Position numbers and translations under genes: made by a program. DNA of 64,000 nucleotides, from the NCBI GenBank assembly GCA_964016885.1, contig OZ024742.1, positions 65,286,001 to 65,350,000 on the forward strand, read 5' to 3'. Source of the stretch: Eledone cirrhosa (lineage: Eukaryota). The notes beneath the pieces were generated by a model, which was not told the DNA's origin, did no database searches, and saw nothing but the letters and a program-made list of their open reading frames with translations. Positions 58,736 to 64,000 of this stretch are shown here, in pieces; the stretch's first letter is position 1, and each line of letters opens with the position of its first letter.

Positions 58736-60720
58736 GCCACAATACAGTAGGAAGGCGAAACCATCACAGTACCACAATACAGTAGGAAGGCGAAACCATC
58801 ACAACACCACAATACAGTAGGAAGGCGAAACCATCACAACTCCACAATACAGTAGGAAGGCGAAACCATCACAACACCACAATACAGTAGGAAGGCGAAA
58901 CCATCACAGTACCACAATACAGTAGGAAGGCGAAACCATCACAGTACCACAATACAGTAGGAAGGCGAAACCATCACAATACCACAATACAGTAGGAAGG
59001 CGAAACCATCACAGTACCACAATCCAGTAGGAAGGCGAAACCATCACAACACCACAATACAGTAGGAAGGCGAAACCATCACAGTACCACAATACAGTAG
59101 GAAGACGAAACCATCACAGTACCACAATACAGTAGGAAGGCGAAACCATCACAATACCACAATACAGTAGGAAGGCGAAACCATCACAGTACCACAATCC
59201 AGTAGGAAGGCGAAACCATCACAACACCACAATACAGTAGGAAGGCGAAACCATCACAGTACCACGATACAGTAGGTAGGCGAAACCATCACAGTACCAC
59301 GATACAGTAGGTAGGCGAAACCATCACAGTACCACAATACAGTAGGAAGGCGAAACCATCACAGTACCACAATACAGTAGGAAGGCGAAACCATCACAGT
59401 ACCACGATACAGTAGGAAGGCGAAACCATCACAGTACCACAATACAGTAGGAAGGCGAAACCATCACAATACCACAATACAGTAGGAAGGCGAAACCATC
59501 ACAACACCACAATACAGTAGGAAGGCGAAACCATCACAATACCACAATACAGTAGGAAGGCGAAACCATCACAATACCACAATACAGTAGGAAGGCGAAA
59601 CCATCACAGTACCACAATCCAGTAGGAAGGCGAAACCATCACAACACCACAATACAGTAGGAAGGCGAAACCATCACAATACCACAATACAGTAGGAAGG
59701 CGAAACCATCACAGTACCACAATACAGTATGAAGGCGAAACCATCACAGTACCACAATACAGTAGGAAGGCGAAACCATCACAGTACCACAATACAGTAG
59801 GAAGGCGAAACCATCACAGTACCACGATACAGTAGGAAGGCGAAACCATCACAGTACCACAATACAGTAGGAAGGCGAAACCATCACAGTACCACAATAC
59901 AGTAGGTAGGCGAAACCATCACAGTACCACGATACAGTAGGAAGGCGAAACCATCACAGTACCACAATACAGTAGGAAGGCGAAACCATCACAGTACCAC
60001 AATCCAGTAGGAAGGCGAAACCATCACAACACCACAATACAGTAGGAAGGCGAAACCATCACAATACCACAATACAGTAGGAAGGCGAAACCATCACAGT
60101 ACCACAATACAGTATGAAGGCGAAACCATCACAGTACCACAATACAGTAGGAAGGCGAAACCATCACAGTACCACAATACAGTAGGAAGGCGAAACCATC
60201 ACAGTACCACGATACAGTAGGAAGGCGAAACCATCACAGTACCACAATACAGTAGGAAGGCGAAACCATCACAGTACCACAATACAGTAGGTAGGCGAAA
60301 CCATCACAGTACCACGATACAGTAGGAAGGCGAAACCATCACAGTACCACAATACAGTAGGAAGGCGAAACCATCACAGTACCACAATACAGTAGGAAGG
60401 CGAAACCATCACAATACCACAATACAGTAGGAAGGCGAAACCATCACAACACCACAATACAGTAGGAAGGCGAAACCATCACAGTACCACAATACAGTAT
60501 GAAGGCGAAACCATCACAGTACCACAATACAATAGGAAGGCGAAACCATCACAACACCACAATACAGTAGGAAGGCGAAACCATCACAGTACCACAATAC
60601 AGTAGGAAGGCGAAACCATCACAGTACCACAATACAGTAGGAAGGCGAAACCATCACAGTACCACAATACAGTAGGAAGGCGAAACCATCACAACACCAC
60701 AATACAGTAGGAAGGCGAAA
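58736..60720. repeat. 35-bp satellite (~56 units) AATACAGTAGGAAGGCGAAACCATCACA(GT/AC/AT)ACCAC
   Basis: Strict 35-bp period; diverged monomers flank it at ~58610-58735 and 60720-61310. Confidence 0.97.
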
Positions 60721-62103
60721 ATATCACAACCACAATACAATATAAAAGGCGAAACCATCACAACAACTACTATATAATAGAAAAGGCGAAAATATCACAA
60801 CAACCCAACCATAATACAATATAAAAGGCGAAACCATCACAACAACTACTATATAACAGAAAAGGCGAAACCATCACAACAACCACAATACAATATAAAA
60901 GGCGAAACCATCACAACAACCACAATACAATATAAAAGGCGAAACCATCACAACAACCACAATACAATATAAAAGGCGAAACCATCACAACAACCACAAT
61001 ACAATACAAAAGGCGAAACCATCACAACAGCCACAAAATAATAGAAAAGGCGAAGCTATCACAACGACCACAATATAACTGAAAAGGCGAAATCATCATC
61101 ATCACACCAACACTGATTCCACCACCCTTACCACTACCACTGCACTGCACCAAAAAGGCGAAAGCATCACAACAACTACTACTATACAGTAAGAAGGCAA
61201 AACTATCATAACAAGCCCTACCACTACCACCGCACTGCACCAGAATGTCAAACCATCACCATTACATCACAGCAACAGCATCACCACAACACTAGTATAG
61301 AAGGCAAAACAATCACCATCACAACACTACAGCCAAAGTACAATAACAATACCAGACTAACGCCACAACTACAACATTACTGCAATAGAAGTGGAAGCAA
61401 TCACAATCGCAACATCATCACCACACTGCAATTGAAAATTCAAACCACCACCATCACAGCATTACAAGAGAAGGCCAAAACATCACAACAACAACAATAT
61501 CCGGCCAACACAACAAGTCACTACCATCATCACCATTATGAACAGCAAAATGTGTTGCCTGAACGAATGAATCATCAGATTTATTATCGCCGCTGCCACC
61601 GCCGCTAACACCACCACCACAAAAACTACAACCATCACTTTTTTTCCTTTCCGTCCCCCTCTCAGAGCTTACCACAATCACCAGCACTACCCCACCACCA
61701 CAGTTATCAGCACTACTACCGCCATCACTGCCACCATTTCACACACGCACACACACACACTGGCAACCTTAACATGAAGAATTTAAAAAGTTCCACAAAA
61801 GTACTTTAATCCTTTAATGGAACAACAGTAGGAATTACAGCTTTAAAGCGAGTTTCTACAGATTGATCTCGTGTCCTCAAATCTCTCTCCACCACCATCT
61901 CTTTCTTCCTCCCTCCCTATACACCATATTAACCCTTCCACCCCCACCTACACCACGATCAACAGGATTCAGAGAAACACACATTTTCGCTAATTTTATC
62001 GTGTAGCCCTAAGTCAGTTCTGACTGAGTGGACCCCATAGCACAACGCAACTCAGTCGAATGACATGCTGTTATCAACATGTCTATTGTTTTAGATACTA
62101 TTA

Positions 62104-62317
62104 TGGCAGTATCGGTAGAGCGTCAGAGGCCATGCTTTACAGCATAGTTATGGCTCTTTACGTTCTGAGTTCAAATCCGCTGAGGTTAACTTTGCCGTTC
62201 TGAGTTCAAATCCGCTGAGGTTAACTTTGCCTTTCATCTTTGCGGGGTCGATAAAATAAAAGCACCAGTAATGCACTGGGGTAATTGCTGGCCTTGTGCC
62301 AAAAGTAGAAACAATTA
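62104..62317 (+). mobile_element. SINE family A with an internal 35-bp tandem duplication of the B-box region
   Basis: CGTTCTGAGTTCAAATCCGCTGAGGTTAACTTTGC occurs twice. Confidence 0.85.
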
Positions 62318-63310
62318 CTATTAGCTCTGAACAAACAGAACTATAAGTCAAACATCTTCCAGCCATGACCACTCCACCCGTATGTATGTGTGGACCCGTA
62401 ACTCCTGATGCAGTTATTGTGGGGCCGTCGATATATACTTTAAACCTTGCGGAGCCCATCTTCTCGCCAGGTCTGAACACAGCCGATTTCTTCCCCAAAA
62501 TAAAGGAAGTGAAAAAGAGACATAGAGAAAGAATCGACCTCAGTACCGGACTGGTATTTTTTTATCGCTCTCGAAAGGATGAAAGGCAAAATTGACATTG
62601 GTGAGATTTGAACTCGGAGAGCAGAGAGCCGAAATGAATACCGCAAAACATTCTAATGGCTCTGCCGATTCGTCGCCTTGTCTAATTAGTCTTTCTATTT
62701 ATTAAACAGTAAGGTATTATCTGAGGGAAATTGACTGCTATTTACAACAGGTTGAACGGCTACTCAAAGGCTTCCTCGATCGTTGGAGTTGTTGTTTAGC
62801 TCTAGGCCAGCCCCGATTGAACACACATATGATAAAAAACATTCCAGTCGTGATCATCTCGTCATTTTTCTTATCTAAAGGGCATCTTGGACCACATCTA
62901 ATATGTCCTTTTTCTATGTGATTTGAAGGAGATGTGTTTGCTATTTCTAACAGATCAAGTGATCACGTTGTGACTCCCACGTTAAAGTGGTAATGGTGTT
63001 ATGTTAGCTGCTGATCTAACAGGCATCTGACATGTAATGCAGGCAGTTAGGCAAACAACTGAGTATGATCTAAAAATATAACCCACCAGGTACACCCAGT
63101 GCGGATTGGGTCTAAAAATATTGGTTACCAGAAGATGAAGGGGGCGCACCTACATATAGAATATTATCATTTAATTTTTATAATGAATAAATAACATTTT
63201 AGAAAAATACATAAGTGGAAATAAAACAGTGTAATCAAATTTTTGCGGAAAAATATCTTACTTTATCCAATAAAAAAATATGTATTTTGCGAAATCCAGA
63301 GACTTTCAAT

Positions 63311-63781
63311 AATGACCAGAAGTCGACCCTAAATATTACTAATAGCTCTAGGAAAGCCATGAACGACACCGCATCATTTTAACTTTGATTTTGAAAGTAG
63401 GTTTATAATTATCAATTTTCATTATACTTTTGTAGCTGTCTCGGCGGCCTAGTTGGAGGAATCATAGACTGTGGTAATCCTGGTCTGAAGTTCGAGCCTG
63501 GTCGGGAGTAGGGTTCCCGGTAAACCTTTTCAGTTTTTTTCAACATTTTCAAAATAGTTGTAAAATACAAATTGAAAAAGGTTACATGTACCTCTTGACC
63601 AGGATTGAACCCAAGGTCAGGATCTCCACCGTCTCTAGTACCTACCGCTAGGCCACAGAGACAACTAGGAATATTCACACTTATAAACCTACTTTCAACA
63701 TTTTCAAAACAAAATGATGTGGTGTCGTTCATGTCTTTCTTAATGTTATCGCTACTACTTAATGTCGACTTCTAAATCATT
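63311..63781. mobile_element. Old ~470-bp fold-back element whose arms each contain a tRNA-like segment
   Basis: Inverted blocks AGAAGTCGAC/GTCGACTTCT, CATGAACGACACC/GGTGTCGTTCATG, TGAAAGTAGGTTTATAA/TTATAAACCTACTTTCA; A-box GGCCTAG and B-box GTTCRA in both arms. Confidence 0.7.
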
Positions 63782-64000
63782 TGGGTGTTCCATAAACTAC
63801 ATCCTCGTTTTGTTTCTCATCTATCTAGACTACATTTTAACCTGCAATCCATGTTTCATTTCTCCCCCTCCTTGGTTGACCAAATGGTTTGCTTAATTGT
63901 TTTAATTATTAAAAAAAAAAAATTATTCTTTCTCTTAGATTTCAGGTATTTTTTGAAAGCAAAGCATTGGAGCCCCTAAAATACTACAGTGGGCCCTGCA

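Noticed and set aside
58736-60720. 35-bp repeat with GAAA hairpin as a CRISPR array or ribozyme array
   Set aside because: Head-to-tail monomers with no unique spacers, no cas genes, eukaryotic context and no CUGANGA core.

Overview
AT-rich, repeat-saturated eukaryotic DNA with no supportable host protein-coding exon. The SINE families and the very high (TA)n/(CA)n/(TATG)n load suggest an octopus-like cephalopod intron or intergenic region (inference). The long ORFs in the track are translations of simple repeats. The window contains >20 copies of several tRNA-derived SINEs, a non-autonomous Helitron, hAT, Tc1/mariner and Tigger-like MITEs, decayed RTE-type LINE fragments, and large mini/satellite arrays, including a 35-bp satellite with a 385-bp higher-order period. 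The main discovery is at least a dozen minimal type I hammerhead-ribozyme (HHR) motifs of the Penelope-like-element (PLE) kind, from many unrelated sequence families. About half sit in short non-coding fold-back cassettes in which the sequence downstream of the ribozyme is duplicated in inverted, head-to-head orientation and usually ends at a (TA)n tract. These look like non-autonomous, ribozyme-bearing, TA-associated PLE derivatives. Coordinates were read by eye and may be off by a few bases; ribozyme activity is predicted, not shown.
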